Assembly (NCBI GenBank): GCA_964481345.1
Contig: CAYZTC010000003.1
Location: forward strand, 6,653 to 70,652
Source of the DNA: an uncultured Candidatus Saccharibacteria bacterium
GTDB lineage: Bacteria > Patescibacteriota > Dojkabacteria > SC72 > JAFGCJ01
Direction: 5' to 3'
DNA: 64,000 nucleotides
Below the pieces are notes generated by a model. It saw only the letters and a list, made by a program, of their open reading frames with translations. It was not told the origin of the DNA and ran no database searches. Numbering within the stretch: position 1 is the stretch's first letter; each line of letters begins with the position of its first letter. Below, piece after piece: positions 18,570 to 28,417 of this stretch. The translations under genes and the position numbers were made by a program.

Positions 18570-18634
18570 TATTCTTACCAGGTGAAAATTTTTTCACTAG
18601 ACATTAACATTTCTTTTGTGTTTAATCGGTTAAA

Positions 18635-19327
18635 ATGCAAAAAATTCACAAACATCAGAAAGAAATACTCATGCAGCTTCTTTTTCATCCGCGTATTTCG
18701 TTTACAGAGATGAATATTGAAGATTTAAGTTCAGACCACTTTACATATCATATTAAATCTTTAACAAAGTTGGGTTTTGTAGCAAAAGATGATGTTGGAA
18801 AATATGTGTTAACAGTTAAAGGAAAGGAGTATGCAAATACCTATGATACAGAGAATAAGGTAGTTGAAAAACAACCTAAATATGCAGTATTCATAGTTGC
18901 TAAAAAAATAGAAAAAGGAATAGATTACCTGCTTATTCAAAGGAGGAAGAAAGAGCCGTATTATGACTATCAAGGGTTTTTGACTGGTAAGGTGAAATTT
19001 GGTGAAAAGCTTGAGGAGGCAGCAAAAAGGGAGCTTTCTGAAGAATCAGGTTTAACTGGAGATTTTAAGTTTAAGGGAGCTCACAGGGATATTGTTTATT
19101 CGAAAGACAAAAAACTACTTGAGGATAAGGTATTTCATATATTTGTTGTTACTGGTTGCAAGGGAAAGCTGAAAAAGACAGTTGAGGGAGGTGAAAACTA
19201 TTGGCTGCCTGAAAAGGACTTTAAAACTCTTGATAAGAAGTATTATAATGAGGATGACTTGTATGAGTGTTCTAAAAGAGAGAAGATTTTCTTTAAGGAG
19301 GAGAGGTATTTTGTTGAAGAGTTTTAA
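18635..19327 (+). CDS. Nudix hydrolase with N-terminal winged-helix-like domain
   Basis: Nudix box GKVKFGEKLEEAAKRELSEESGL (Gx5Ex7REUxEExGU). The N-terminal 60 aa are HTH-like. Confidence 0.7.
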   Translation: MQKIHKHQKEILMQLLFHPRISFTEMNIEDLSSDHFTYHIKSLTKLGFVAKDDVGKYVLTVKGKEYANTYDTENKVVEKQPKYAVFIVAKKIEKGIDYLLIQRRKKEPYYDYQGFLTGKVKFGEKLEEAAKRELSEESGLTGDFKFKGAHRDIVYSKDKKLLEDKVFHIFVVTGCKGKLKKTVEGGENYWLPEKDFKTLDKKYYNEDDLYECSKREKIFFKEERYFVEEF

Positions 19328-19764
19328 CGATGTCGGATTTGAATTTCATTTGTGTTTTTTACTGTAATCCATGCAGATATCAACCCAAACCCTGACTTAT
19401 CTATATCGAATGGTTTGATCTTCCTTGGGTTAGTTAGATGAATCAGAATACAGTATTTCTTATTTTTTACATATTCCATTATTTCTTCTTGAATATCGGT
19501 TGTTCCGAAGTCTTTATGTGAATACTTTGTCAGTATGTCTTGAATCGTTTTGGGATTAAGGTTTTCAAACTGTTTGACCTTTGAAACTGTTGTTACAGCA
19601 GTAACAGGGCTTCCAGTATCTTTGAAATATACAATATCTCCTTTATGAATTTTGTTCCAAGGTCGGCTTCTATTTTTGTACCATCTCGATTCTATCGTCT
19701 TTTCTCCAGAAAGTATTTTTGGAATCAATCCCCACTCCTTTTTCATTATCGCGACATGGTGCAT
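19324..19764 (-). CDS. ASCH (PUA-like) domain protein
   Basis: ILSGEKTIESRW...GDIVYF pattern typical of ASCH domains. Confidence 0.55.
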   Translation of the reverse strand: MHHVAIMKKEWGLIPKILSGEKTIESRWYKNRSRPWNKIHKGDIVYFKDTGSPVTAVTTVSKVKQFENLNPKTIQDILTKYSHKDFGTTDIQEEIMEYVKNKKYCILIHLTNPRKIKPFDIDKSGFGLISAWITVKNTNEIQIRHR

Positions 19765-19910
19765 AAAAAGATTATATCAAAACTCTAGAATGTTGATTTT
19801 TGATGAGAAATACCATTATTGATTGATGTAGAGGAACAATTAGAAGGACAGATCTTGGCAAGGACAGTCCTCACCCTGTTGTGTTAAAATAACCTCGTTC
19901 AATAATTAAC

Positions 19911-19984
19911 CGGGGAGTAGTTCAGTTGGCTAGAACGCACGGTTTGGGACCGTGAGGTCGCTGGTTCAAGTCCAGTCTCCCCGA
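19911..19984 (+). tRNA. tRNA-Pro (anticodon TGG)
   Basis: Cloverleaf read by hand: acceptor CGGGGAG/CTCCCCG, anticodon stem CACGG/CCGTG with loop TTTGGGA, T-arm GGTTCAAGTCC. CCA not encoded. Confidence 0.85.
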
Positions 19985-20304
19985 TAGGTCTTCGCATAAA
20001 GCTTCGACCTATGAATGGTTTGGCAAGCTCACCATTAAATAGTGAAAGACTTCACCTTTGATTAATTTGGTTGCCTGCACTCTCCCATTTACTCTATTTA
20101 TGGCTTTTTGATAATATAATCCCCATATTGTATAATTATGACGGGTTTACAGAAGATTCCGATATTATTGATTGGATGAATATTGATCCCAGAATTGGGT
20201 CGTATGATTTTGTTTGCCTCAGACACAATTCTAAACATTTTTAGTGTAGAGTTTTTCGAGCTTTACATTTAAAGATAATGATTTAACTTGTTAGGACGGA
20301 TTTT

Positions 20305-21171
20305 ATGGCTGGAAAAACAGATATACTATTGTTACCTACGATAGAAAAATTTGATGAGATAATTAAAGGTATTCCAACAAATATAAAAGTGACAAAGGGA
20401 CATTATTACGACCTTCAATTTTGTATTAAAGATGGTAAATCCCAAATATTATCTGGAGGTAAGGATATTAAGCAGTTTTCAACAGTCTGGCTTTCCTCGT
20501 TTTGGGAAATAAGAGATTTGGCCTATGCGGTTAGTCTCTATCTAGATCATTTCAATACTCCTCATACTTTTGTTGAAAAGAGCACATCTAAAGTCACTGA
20601 TGTACTTGCATTCATTTATGGTGACATAAGGACTCCCAATACCTTTTTTATTAGCAGAAATAATATTACTGATTATACAGACATGATTGAGAAAACGTGT
20701 GGATATCCTCTAATTATAAAGGATATAAAAGGATCATTTGGAAAGCATTCAGCATATGTGAAAGATAGAAAAGAACTAATAAAAGAATTTTCACAATTAC
20801 CAAAACATAGAAAGTATATGTTTCAAAAGTTCATTCCTAATGAATATGATTGGGGACTACTTGTTGCAAATGGAGAGGTCGTTTCTGGAGAGAAGAGCTA
20901 TCCGAAAGAGGGTGAGTTCAGGAATAATGCACAAAGGGGAGCAAGGGAGGTCTTTGTAGAAATTGAAGATATACCCAAACAAATTAAAGACATGGCTGTG
21001 AAAGCAAGTAAGAGTCTAGGTTTAATATGGTCAAGAGCAGATATTATTGTAGATAAAAGCACCAATATTCCCTATTTATTGGAAGTCAATAGATGGCCGG
21101 GAATTACTTCTGGAACAAGTGAGGTGAGTGCAGCTCGACATTTTCTAAAATCACATTTATTCCAGAAATAA
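20305..21171 (+). CDS. ATP-grasp family protein (RimK / glutathione synthetase-like ligase)
   Basis: C-terminal ATP-grasp motifs (EFRNNAQRGA...ADIIVDK...YLLEVNRWPGI). Confidence 0.6.
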   Translation: MAGKTDILLLPTIEKFDEIIKGIPTNIKVTKGHYYDLQFCIKDGKSQILSGGKDIKQFSTVWLSSFWEIRDLAYAVSLYLDHFNTPHTFVEKSTSKVTDVLAFIYGDIRTPNTFFISRNNITDYTDMIEKTCGYPLIIKDIKGSFGKHSAYVKDRKELIKEFSQLPKHRKYMFQKFIPNEYDWGLLVANGEVVSGEKSYPKEGEFRNNAQRGAREVFVEIEDIPKQIKDMAVKASKSLGLIWSRADIIVDKSTNIPYLLEVNRWPGITSGTSEVSAARHFLKSHLFQK

Positions 21172-21236
21172 GTAAGCACTAAACGATTATTGAATAGTGA
21201 CTTATCTCCTAGTAAATTCTTTCTCTATCTGATTAA

Positions 21237-22280
21237 ATGATTGTTGTGAGAAAGAAAAAACATGTAATAAAAAAGAAAAAGGTAAGGCTTAGGAGAATTT
21301 TTTGGATAAATTTCAAGAAGTTTTTGTTTGTAGGTATTGTTTTGGCTACTGTAGGCGGAATTGGATATGTGGGGATTAAAAAAATCCTGTCTTTAAAGGA
21401 TAATTCTAGGTTGAATGGGGATACTACTTTTACGTTGGAACAAAGCAAAGGCTCAGTACTTGGAATATCCTCTGTTCCTGAGTTTCCAAACTCGACGTTT
21501 CTTTTTGAGCAGCATTTAGATAATGATGTTGTACAACAGTTTTTAGCAAGAGGAAAGTCGGCCTATCTTCTACCTATCGATGCTGAATGGGAAGATGTTG
21601 TAGCCTTCTATAAAGAGGGTCTTGAAGAAAATGGATGGAGCCACGTATTGTCTGTAGCTCTTTCGGATGAAACCAAAATGTTTGGGGAATACTGGGTTAT
21701 AGATAGTCAGGGCCTCAGAATTTATTCAAAGCTTGATGATGTGTGGTATGAATTAATATCTATAGAGCAGGCAAATACTGGTCTTGCAGACAGAGTTGCA
21801 AAAGACGAAGAACTCCAGATGTTTTTAGCTATGAACTCTGGAGAAGAGCTTCCCGAAAATTTACCTTGGAGTCTTACCTACTCTCCCGAATGGACTGCAG
21901 AGATTGGTAAGTCAAAATTGCTAGAAATTGAATTTATACAATTTGAAAACTCTGATGGTGATCAGAATTTGATAATAGAACCGATTGAGTTTGTGACCCT
22001 TCAACCCTTAAGGGATGTGGGTGTGGGATATATCGATACTGCAAATGAGTATAGAGATGAGCAGGACCAGTTTAAAGTAATATCTATAGACCCTGTTGAA
22101 GTTGCAGGTCAGGAGGCATATAGGTTTGTGCTGGAGTCTGAAGAGAATGATGGATACTATTGTGTGGTTGCAAACAGCCGAAACGATGTAATATATGTGA
22201 TAAGAACTTTTACTGGGAGTGCATCCTTTTTTACTTATGTACTTTCTAATCTTGAGCTTAACGATGGAGAAAAAGATTAG
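21237..22280 (+). CDS. hypothetical membrane-anchored protein
   Basis: Lys-rich N-terminus, one TM helix, and an acidic extracytoplasmic domain. Confidence 0.4.
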   Translation: MIVVRKKKHVIKKKKVRLRRIFWINFKKFLFVGIVLATVGGIGYVGIKKILSLKDNSRLNGDTTFTLEQSKGSVLGISSVPEFPNSTFLFEQHLDNDVVQQFLARGKSAYLLPIDAEWEDVVAFYKEGLEENGWSHVLSVALSDETKMFGEYWVIDSQGLRIYSKLDDVWYELISIEQANTGLADRVAKDEELQMFLAMNSGEELPENLPWSLTYSPEWTAEIGKSKLLEIEFIQFENSDGDQNLIIEPIEFVTLQPLRDVGVGYIDTANEYRDEQDQFKVISIDPVEVAGQEAYRFVLESEENDGYYCVVANSRNDVIYVIRTFTGSASFFTYVLSNLELNDGEKD

Positions 22281-22379
22281 CTGAGCTCAGAAGGGATCAC
22301 TCTTTTAAGATTTGATAACCTAGGGTTTAAATTGGTGCATTAGTGCACACAATAAATCATAAACCCTGGAGCTCACCTT

Positions 22380-22736
22380 TTAAATTTTAGAAAAGAAAAA
22401 AATTAGGGAGACGATACCTAGTACTATTGTAGATATCCAATAGCAGGTTAGGACTATTAGACCCCATCGAGACAAACTCTTATACTTTCTCATAAATTCT
22501 TTGGTGTCTTTGTCGAAAATAATAATGATAGTTATGTAGGTTATTGGTATGAGAAATGTTATCCATCTTTGTTCTCCCTTTATTATGTGTATGGGCCCTA
22601 GGCTTGACAGTATTCCAATAAGGATTGGTAATATTGTTCTCAGGAAGAATTTTATAAACTTCCATAGTTTTTCTCCAATACTTAGGAGAATTTTGTTTAA
22701 CGTGCATGTGTAGAACGTGAACAGTCTATCATACAT
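22380..22736 (-). CDS. small hypothetical membrane protein
   Basis: 118 aa with 3 predicted TM helices. Confidence 0.3.
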   Translation of the reverse strand: MYDRLFTFYTCTLNKILLSIGEKLWKFIKFFLRTILPILIGILSSLGPIHIIKGEQRWITFLIPITYITIIIIFDKDTKEFMRKYKSLSRWGLIVLTCYWISTIVLGIVSLIFFFSKI

Positions 22737-22744
22737 CGAAACCT

Positions 22745-23050
22745 CCTTTTAAAAGAGCGTGAGCACAGTGATTATACTATAGGGCCATTAAATACGGAAG
22801 GGGTTGAGTAACTGAAGTTTTCTGGACGAAAGTGAGAGGAATTGACTTATAACTAGCAAGTTTATCCCGCTCTGCTGCGGGGGACTGTCCTTGAATACTC
22901 TACCTGAAACTGCATATTCTGGAGCTCTCCGCCTCTGGCGGAGGCGATAGAATCTATCGGTTTGAGTTATCAGGTCGTACTTTAACAGATAGACTCCACG
23001 TCCCCCGTACGGTGGGGTCCTCTGAGATGCCAGTAATTTAAAGTCGGGGG
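22745..23050. ncRNA. candidate structured RNA / regulatory region downstream of dnaE (unclassified)
   Basis: A GC-rich island in AT-rich DNA with consecutive hairpins. These are CCCGCtctgctGCGGG (22866-22881), CTCCGCCtctGGCGGAG (22926-22942), CGATAGaatCTATCG (22943-22958) and CCCCgtacggtGGGG (23002-23016). It also contains a GGACTGTCCTTG motif copy. Confidence 0.25.
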
Positions 23051-23056
23051 TATGGT

Positions 23057-26000
23057 CTATACCTTGAATTGTTCAAGGATGGACTCAACTTCTGGGGTGA
23101 GGTTTATTCCATTTTTTAATTTCATCGTTCGAGTAGTGTTGCCTTTTGCGATGAATATCGTGACTTCATCCTTACCTGGGTTCTGTTTTAATGCCTTTTT
23201 AAGCTCCTTTAGCTGTTGTTTGTCTGAGTCTGGATCTATCTGTAGAAATATTCCTTCAGACTCTTTTTTTGCTATTTCCATATCTACATATTCAATTGAG
23301 TCAATGATTATACTTCTCTCTCCCTCCCTGATGTTTACCTTTCCAGTAAATATCATTGGGGTGTTCTCTGCTAGCATATCGATAACCTTTTCGTAGATAC
23401 CAGGGAATAGTATTGCTTCAATCGTTCTGCCTGTCCTATCCTCAATCTCAATAAACGCCATGCTCCTATTATCCCTTTTGGTAGTGATTCTTTTTACGTT
23501 CGTGATCAAGCCGGCCAGTGACACTGGCGTATTTGAGTTCATCTCTTTTATCTGAGAAATCTTTGATGTACCCGACTTAATCAAATAGGGCTTTATCTTT
23601 CCTAGTGGATGAGCAGTAATGTACATACCAAGGAGCGACTTTTCCCACTCGATTTTTTCGCTATCTGTAGCTGGTACAACTGTTGGTAAGGGAGATACCT
23701 GAGTGACCTCTTTTCGGTCTTTTTTGCCCAATGAGAATATGTCCATCTGACCATCTTTGTGAGCATCTTGTTTTGATTTGTACCTTTCATATAAAGCAGG
23801 CAATGCTGAAATTAAGGAATTCCTTTCCCCAAATTGATCAAATGCTCCAACCTGAATTAAGTACAAAACAGACTTTTGATTTACATGATCAAGGGGACTT
23901 CTATTTAGGAAATCATCAAGATTTTTAAATTCCCCGTCCTTCTCTCTTTCATTTATTATTTCCTGGATCACTGCCCTTCCTAGATTTTTTATCCCCATTA
24001 ACCCAAATCGTATGTTTTTCTTGTGTTCAATAGAAAAGTCAGCATTACTTTTATTTATATCTGGAGGAAGTATTTTTATTCCTTTTTTGTTGCATTCTGC
24101 AATTATTCTTCCAACCTTGTCGAAATCCTCAATCTCTGATTTTAAAAGTGCAGCAGTGAACTCTACTGGATAATGAGCTTTAAGATATGCACTTTGGTAT
24201 ACAACTAGACTATATGCTGCAGCATGTGCCTCGTTGAAAGCATAATTTGTGAAAGGAATGAATAACTCAAATACCTGCTCTGCTGTGTTTTTGTCCATAC
24301 CATGTTTTATGAGCCTTTTAATGAGATCATCCTTCATCTCAAACAGTATCTCTGGTTTCTTCTTACCTGTAGCCTTTCTTACTGTATCAGCTTCGCCCCA
24401 ATCCATACCCGCTAAATGAATCACTGCTTTAATAATATCTTCTTGATATACAAGTACACCATTTGATTTTTGTAGGAATTTCTTCATTCTTGGATCGATA
24501 TATTCAATCTTTTTCTTTCCATGTTTTCTATCGGCATACTCTTGTTGGTTTTGATTAGGTCCTGGACGTACGAGAGCAAGAGCTGCTGATATGTCGAATA
24601 TATCTACTGGTTTTAAAACCTTGATAGTACTTTTCATGGGACCGGTTTCAAATTGAAATACACCTTCCGTGTCTAGGTTTCTTATTAACTCAAATGTGTC
24701 ATTATCATCTAGTGGTAAGCTGTTAACATTTATGTCTTCCCCTCTCTCTCTTTTAACAATTTTTACAGTTTCTGCTATGGTATCAAGGTTTGTAAGTCCA
24801 AGGAAATCCATCTTCATAAGTCCCATATCTTCGATGGAGTCCATTTCGTACTGAGTAATCATTCTTCCGTTTTTTCCTAATGAGTTGTCCCAAATTACTG
24901 GTACATAATCGGTAATTGGACCAGGTGTGATGAGAACTCCGCATGCGTGTATCCCCTGGCTTTTGGCTACCCCTTCGATTCTTTTAGCCGTGTCAATAAG
25001 TCTTGCTGCATCTGAGTCCTGTCTAATCAATTGGTCAAGCTCTGGAACCATCGTTAAAGCTCTATCTATGTCTACCTTTGCTAGTCCCTGTCCCGAAGGC
25101 GGGATCAATTTTGCGATTTTGTCTACATATCCAAGCGGCATTCCGAGTACTCTACCGGCATCCCTAATTGATCCTCTGGCCTGCATTCTTCCAAAAGTAA
25201 CAATATGGGCAGTGCTTTTTTTTCCGTATTCTTTTATTGCGTATTCAATGAGTTCTTCCCTTCTTGAGCTTGCAACATCTAAGTCGATATCTGGGGCTTT
25301 AGGCCTTAGGGGGTTAAGAAATCTTTCAAACGCAAGATCAAAATCTAGTGGATTTGCATTTACGATGCCAAGAAAGTATGAAAGTAGACTTCCTGCTGTT
25401 GAACCTCTGGTTGTAAGTGGTACTTTGTTCTTGTGTATCCAGTCGGTAAACTGAGTAACCATGAGCATATATTGGGAAAACCCTTTTTCTGTAATTACCT
25501 TGTATTCATACTCAAACCTTTTCTTTTCTTCTTTTGTTAAATCTCTTTCAAGCTTTTTCTTCCCTCTCCCTATGGAGAGATCATATAAATATTTGTCATA
25601 GTTGCCTTTATATTTAATAGGAATTGGTGGTTTAGGTAGTATCCAGTCCTTCATATCCAGGTTGATATTGCATCTTTGAGATATTTCCTCAGTAGTTTTA
25701 ATAGCTTCAGGTAAGTCTTTAAATAGTTTTTTCATCTCTTTTTCGTCTTTTAGGTACAGTTGATCTGTTTCTAACGTGAGATGGTCTTCATCAAGCCTTT
25801 TTCCTGTGTTAATACACATAAGAACCTCTTGCGCAAAGGAGTCTTCTTGGTTTGTGTAGTGAGAGTCACATGTTGCTACAAGTGGAATCTTAAGATCTTT
25901 TGAAAGCTCAACTATCTTTTTGTTAATCTTTTCTTGATTTGGAATTTCGGTTCGCATTATTTCTAAATAATAGTTGCCTTTGCCAAAAATCTTTTCGTGA

Positions 26001-26476
26001 TCCTTTGCTGACTTACTTGCTTCCTTAAGCTTATTTGCCCATATCTTTGAAGATATCTCCCCTGCCATGCATCCGGATAGTGCAATCAGTCCCTTACTGT
26101 ATTTTCTAAGAAGTTGTCTATCTACTCTTGGTCGGTAATAGTATCCTTCTGTAAATCCTAATGACACAAGCTTAATTAAGTTGTGATAACCTTCGTCATT
26201 TTCTGCAAGTAGTGTGATGTGGTATGGTTTTTCATCAACTTTAGCAACTTTTTGTTTTCTTCCTCTTGGGGCGACGTACATTTCACATCCAATAATTGGC
26301 TTAATGTTGTGTGATTTGCATTCCTGGTAAAACTTGTGTGCACCATACATTACCCCATGATCTGTTAATGCTAGTGATTTAAATCCTTTATTACCCGCCG
26401 CTTTAACAAGACTTTTAATCTGTGGCAGTCCATCTAAAAGTGAAAACTCTGAATGGACGTGAAGATGCGTGAACAT
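23057..26476 (-). CDS. dnaE: DNA polymerase III alpha subunit
   Basis: 1139 aa. N-terminal PHP domain (HLHVHSEFSLLDG), polymerase core and C-terminal OB-fold region. Confidence 0.9.
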   Translation of the reverse strand: MFTHLHVHSEFSLLDGLPQIKSLVKAAGNKGFKSLALTDHGVMYGAHKFYQECKSHNIKPIIGCEMYVAPRGRKQKVAKVDEKPYHITLLAENDEGYHNLIKLVSLGFTEGYYYRPRVDRQLLRKYSKGLIALSGCMAGEISSKIWANKLKEASKSAKDHEKIFGKGNYYLEIMRTEIPNQEKINKKIVELSKDLKIPLVATCDSHYTNQEDSFAQEVLMCINTGKRLDEDHLTLETDQLYLKDEKEMKKLFKDLPEAIKTTEEISQRCNINLDMKDWILPKPPIPIKYKGNYDKYLYDLSIGRGKKKLERDLTKEEKKRFEYEYKVITEKGFSQYMLMVTQFTDWIHKNKVPLTTRGSTAGSLLSYFLGIVNANPLDFDLAFERFLNPLRPKAPDIDLDVASSRREELIEYAIKEYGKKSTAHIVTFGRMQARGSIRDAGRVLGMPLGYVDKIAKLIPPSGQGLAKVDIDRALTMVPELDQLIRQDSDAARLIDTAKRIEGVAKSQGIHACGVLITPGPITDYVPVIWDNSLGKNGRMITQYEMDSIEDMGLMKMDFLGLTNLDTIAETVKIVKRERGEDINVNSLPLDDNDTFELIRNLDTEGVFQFETGPMKSTIKVLKPVDIFDISAALALVRPGPNQNQQEYADRKHGKKKIEYIDPRMKKFLQKSNGVLVYQEDIIKAVIHLAGMDWGEADTVRKATGKKKPEILFEMKDDLIKRLIKHGMDKNTAEQVFELFIPFTNYAFNEAHAAAYSLVVYQSAYLKAHYPVEFTAALLKSEIEDFDKVGRIIAECNKKGIKILPPDINKSNADFSIEHKKNIRFGLMGIKNLGRAVIQEIINEREKDGEFKNLDDFLNRSPLDHVNQKSVLYLIQVGAFDQFGERNSLISALPALYERYKSKQDAHKDGQMDIFSLGKKDRKEVTQVSPLPTVVPATDSEKIEWEKSLLGMYITAHPLGKIKPYLIKSGTSKISQIKEMNSNTPVSLAGLITNVKRITTKRDNRSMAFIEIEDRTGRTIEAILFPGIYEKVIDMLAENTPMIFTGKVNIREGERSIIIDSIEYVDMEIAKKESEGIFLQIDPDSDKQQLKELKKALKQNPGKDEVTIFIAKGNTTRTMKLKNGINLTPEVESILEQFKV

Positions 26477-26606
26477 TCTTTTTCATTCTACATAACTTTA
26501 TTAGCTTTATCAGCAATGGTGTAGTTTTCGTCGATTAATAATCTTTTTTAATAGGTCTACTTTGACTGGGGAAGAAATACATTAGCAAAAGCCTGGTAAT
26601 TATTAA

Positions 26607-27329
26607 TTGAAAATGCCGCCTATTTCCTATAGACTGAAAAGGATGAAATTACCTTTTAAAATAAACATAATACAAGTAGTCACAGGTGTTTCGCTCGTTT
26701 TTTGGGGAGTTTCCTTTTTCTTGCTAGTAAAACCGAGAGTTGCAGAAGCAGCTGTGCCTTTCTTGATAGAACAAATTGACAGTTTCAGCCAAAGGGAGGA
26801 AGGGGTCGAACTTGACCCTATTTTGAAGTCTGAGGGTGGTACTATGACAGGACCAACTTCCTCTTTTTACGCCACTAGATTTGGTTCCCAGGAAGGATTA
26901 TATGGTGAACTAGTAACCTCTGATACAAGAGTTATTGCATTAAACTATTTTCTGCTTGACTATGGATCCCCTATGGCTCCTTATGCAGAAACCTTTGTAA
27001 GTGTCGCTGATGAGGTGGGGCTTGATTGGAGAGTTGTTGCTTCAATTACTGGAGTTGAGTCGGCATTTGGAAGGTTGATACCATCAGGTTCGTACAATGC
27101 TTGGGGATGGAGAGGAGGAGAAAATGGGAGTTACAGCATTTTTGAAAACTGGGTTGATGCAATATCATTTATTACAAGGAGGATTGCTGTAGGTTACGGA
27201 ACTGATATTGATCCTTTTGCTATTGAATCCACATATTGTCCTCCTTGTGGTGCAACAGGACAACATGCATGGGCCAACGGTGTATCTAGGTATATGACCT
27301 TACTTGAGGAATACAGAGGAGACTTATGA
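26607..27329 (+). CDS. hypothetical secreted/membrane-anchored protein, lysozyme/lytic-transglycosylase-like motifs (paralog of 38667-39290)
   Basis: N-terminal TM. Shares ES..G, YNAWGW and TYCP motifs with the 38667-39290 product. YNAxGW resembles the SLT AYNAG motif. Confidence 0.35.
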   Translation: MKMPPISYRLKRMKLPFKINIIQVVTGVSLVFWGVSFFLLVKPRVAEAAVPFLIEQIDSFSQREEGVELDPILKSEGGTMTGPTSSFYATRFGSQEGLYGELVTSDTRVIALNYFLLDYGSPMAPYAETFVSVADEVGLDWRVVASITGVESAFGRLIPSGSYNAWGWRGGENGSYSIFENWVDAISFITRRIAVGYGTDIDPFAIESTYCPPCGATGQHAWANGVSRYMTLLEEYRGDL

Positions 27330-27613
27330 AGTCTATAACTAAGCTAGTTTACATTGTGTTAGTAATAGTCGAGGTTACTCTGATTTTAAGGTTTATTTTT
27401 TTACTAGTTGGTGCTAGTGAGGTTAACTTTATTGTATTTGCAATTGTTCAATCAAGTGGATGGTTTATTTATCCGTTTAAGAGTGTTCTTGACGTCGATT
27501 GGTCAATTGGAAAATTCTTTATTGATATTGACGCATTAGTATCTCTAGTTATTTACATGGTCCTTGGATTTGGGATTGCAGAATTGATAAAAGTGCTTTC
27601 ATATGGGAGTTAA
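27326..27613 (+). CDS. YggT-like small membrane protein
   Basis: 95 aa, two TM segments, with an IDIDALVSLVI region reminiscent of the YggT/Ycf19 family. Confidence 0.35.
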   Translation: MKSITKLVYIVLVIVEVTLILRFIFLLVGASEVNFIVFAIVQSSGWFIYPFKSVLDVDWSIGKFFIDIDALVSLVIYMVLGFGIAELIKVLSYGS

Positions 27614-27646
27614 TTTGGTGTAACCTCTGTGTGATATAATCTTTAT

Positions 27647-28417
27647 ATGGTAATAGTTGATTTTAAAAAGAACTCAGGTTTATCTGTAGGGTTTGATGGA
27701 AATGACCTCCAGCTTCAGGAAAATGGGCTTGAACTTGCGTCAAAAGAGGAATATTCGATTCACGATGTTCGTTCTCAGCTTTTGAATCCTGCGCTTACAT
27801 GTCCAAACATTTTTTACTACCATTTTAGAGGTGTAGATAGGAAGTCCTTATTAAAAAGAAAGGGCCTAAAACTTGATATTCTTGTTATGCCTTCAAATCT
27901 TGCTGGAATTGAATATGTAAAAACCAAGGGGATTCGAATAAGGAAATATCCAATTCTAATTGATGCAATACATGGATTTCTTACAGTTCTGATCATGAAA
28001 AATCTCGATAACCCTACTCCAGACTCACCCATTGTTTCTGGTGTTGTAAAGTTAAGAAAGGGAGAAAAATATGTAATTCCTCCCGATTGTGGATTTATCT
28101 TTGTAAATGTAAAGCAGCAGTTGTGTGCCCTATCCATGATTTACAGTGATAAGTTGAGGTTGGAGGGATGTTTTGATGATACAAGAGGTGCAACAAACTA
28201 TTTGATTAGAAAGAATGCTAGACAAGAAATTGTTCAAAATCCATTTTTTCGATTTGTAAAAGAAGTTAGGATGGATAGGCCTGGTAAAATCTATAAAACT
28301 TTTAACCTTACAGCAAAGACACCCATCTTTAAACAAATACTGAGAAAGTATCAAAGGTTTAAGTGGTTACATAATAGTGAACTTGTGGATTGGGATAAAC
28401 TGCTTCATACATTGTAA
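27647..28417 (+). CDS. hypothetical protein (possible cupin-like fold)
   Basis: 256 aa. Weak beta-barrel-like pattern (KGEKYVIPPDCGFIFVN) but no metal-ligand His residues. Confidence 0.3.
   Translation: MVIVDFKKNSGLSVGFDGNDLQLQENGLELASKEEYSIHDVRSQLLNPALTCPNIFYYHFRGVDRKSLLKRKGLKLDILVMPSNLAGIEYVKTKGIRIRKYPILIDAIHGFLTVLIMKNLDNPTPDSPIVSGVVKLRKGEKYVIPPDCGFIFVNVKQQLCALSMIYSDKLRLEGCFDDTRGATNYLIRKNARQEIVQNPFFRFVKEVRMDRPGKIYKTFNLTAKTPIFKQILRKYQRFKWLHNSELVDWDKLLHTL

Noticed and set aside
22737-23056. Assignment of the dnaE-downstream structured region as tmRNA, RNase P RNA or SRP RNA
   Set aside because: Could not find the tmRNA tRNA-like end or tag ORF, the RNase P P4 signatures (AGGAAAGUCCGG / ACAGAAACCCGGCUUA), or the SRP GGAA-tetraloop helix 8 consensus. 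Left unclassified.
27647-28417. Archaeal cupin-type phosphoglucose isomerase (cPGI)
   Set aside because: Loose similarity of the strand pattern only. The metal-ligand His/Glu residues of cPGI are absent (TKGIRIR, PPDCGF instead of TKGHFH, PPYWAH).
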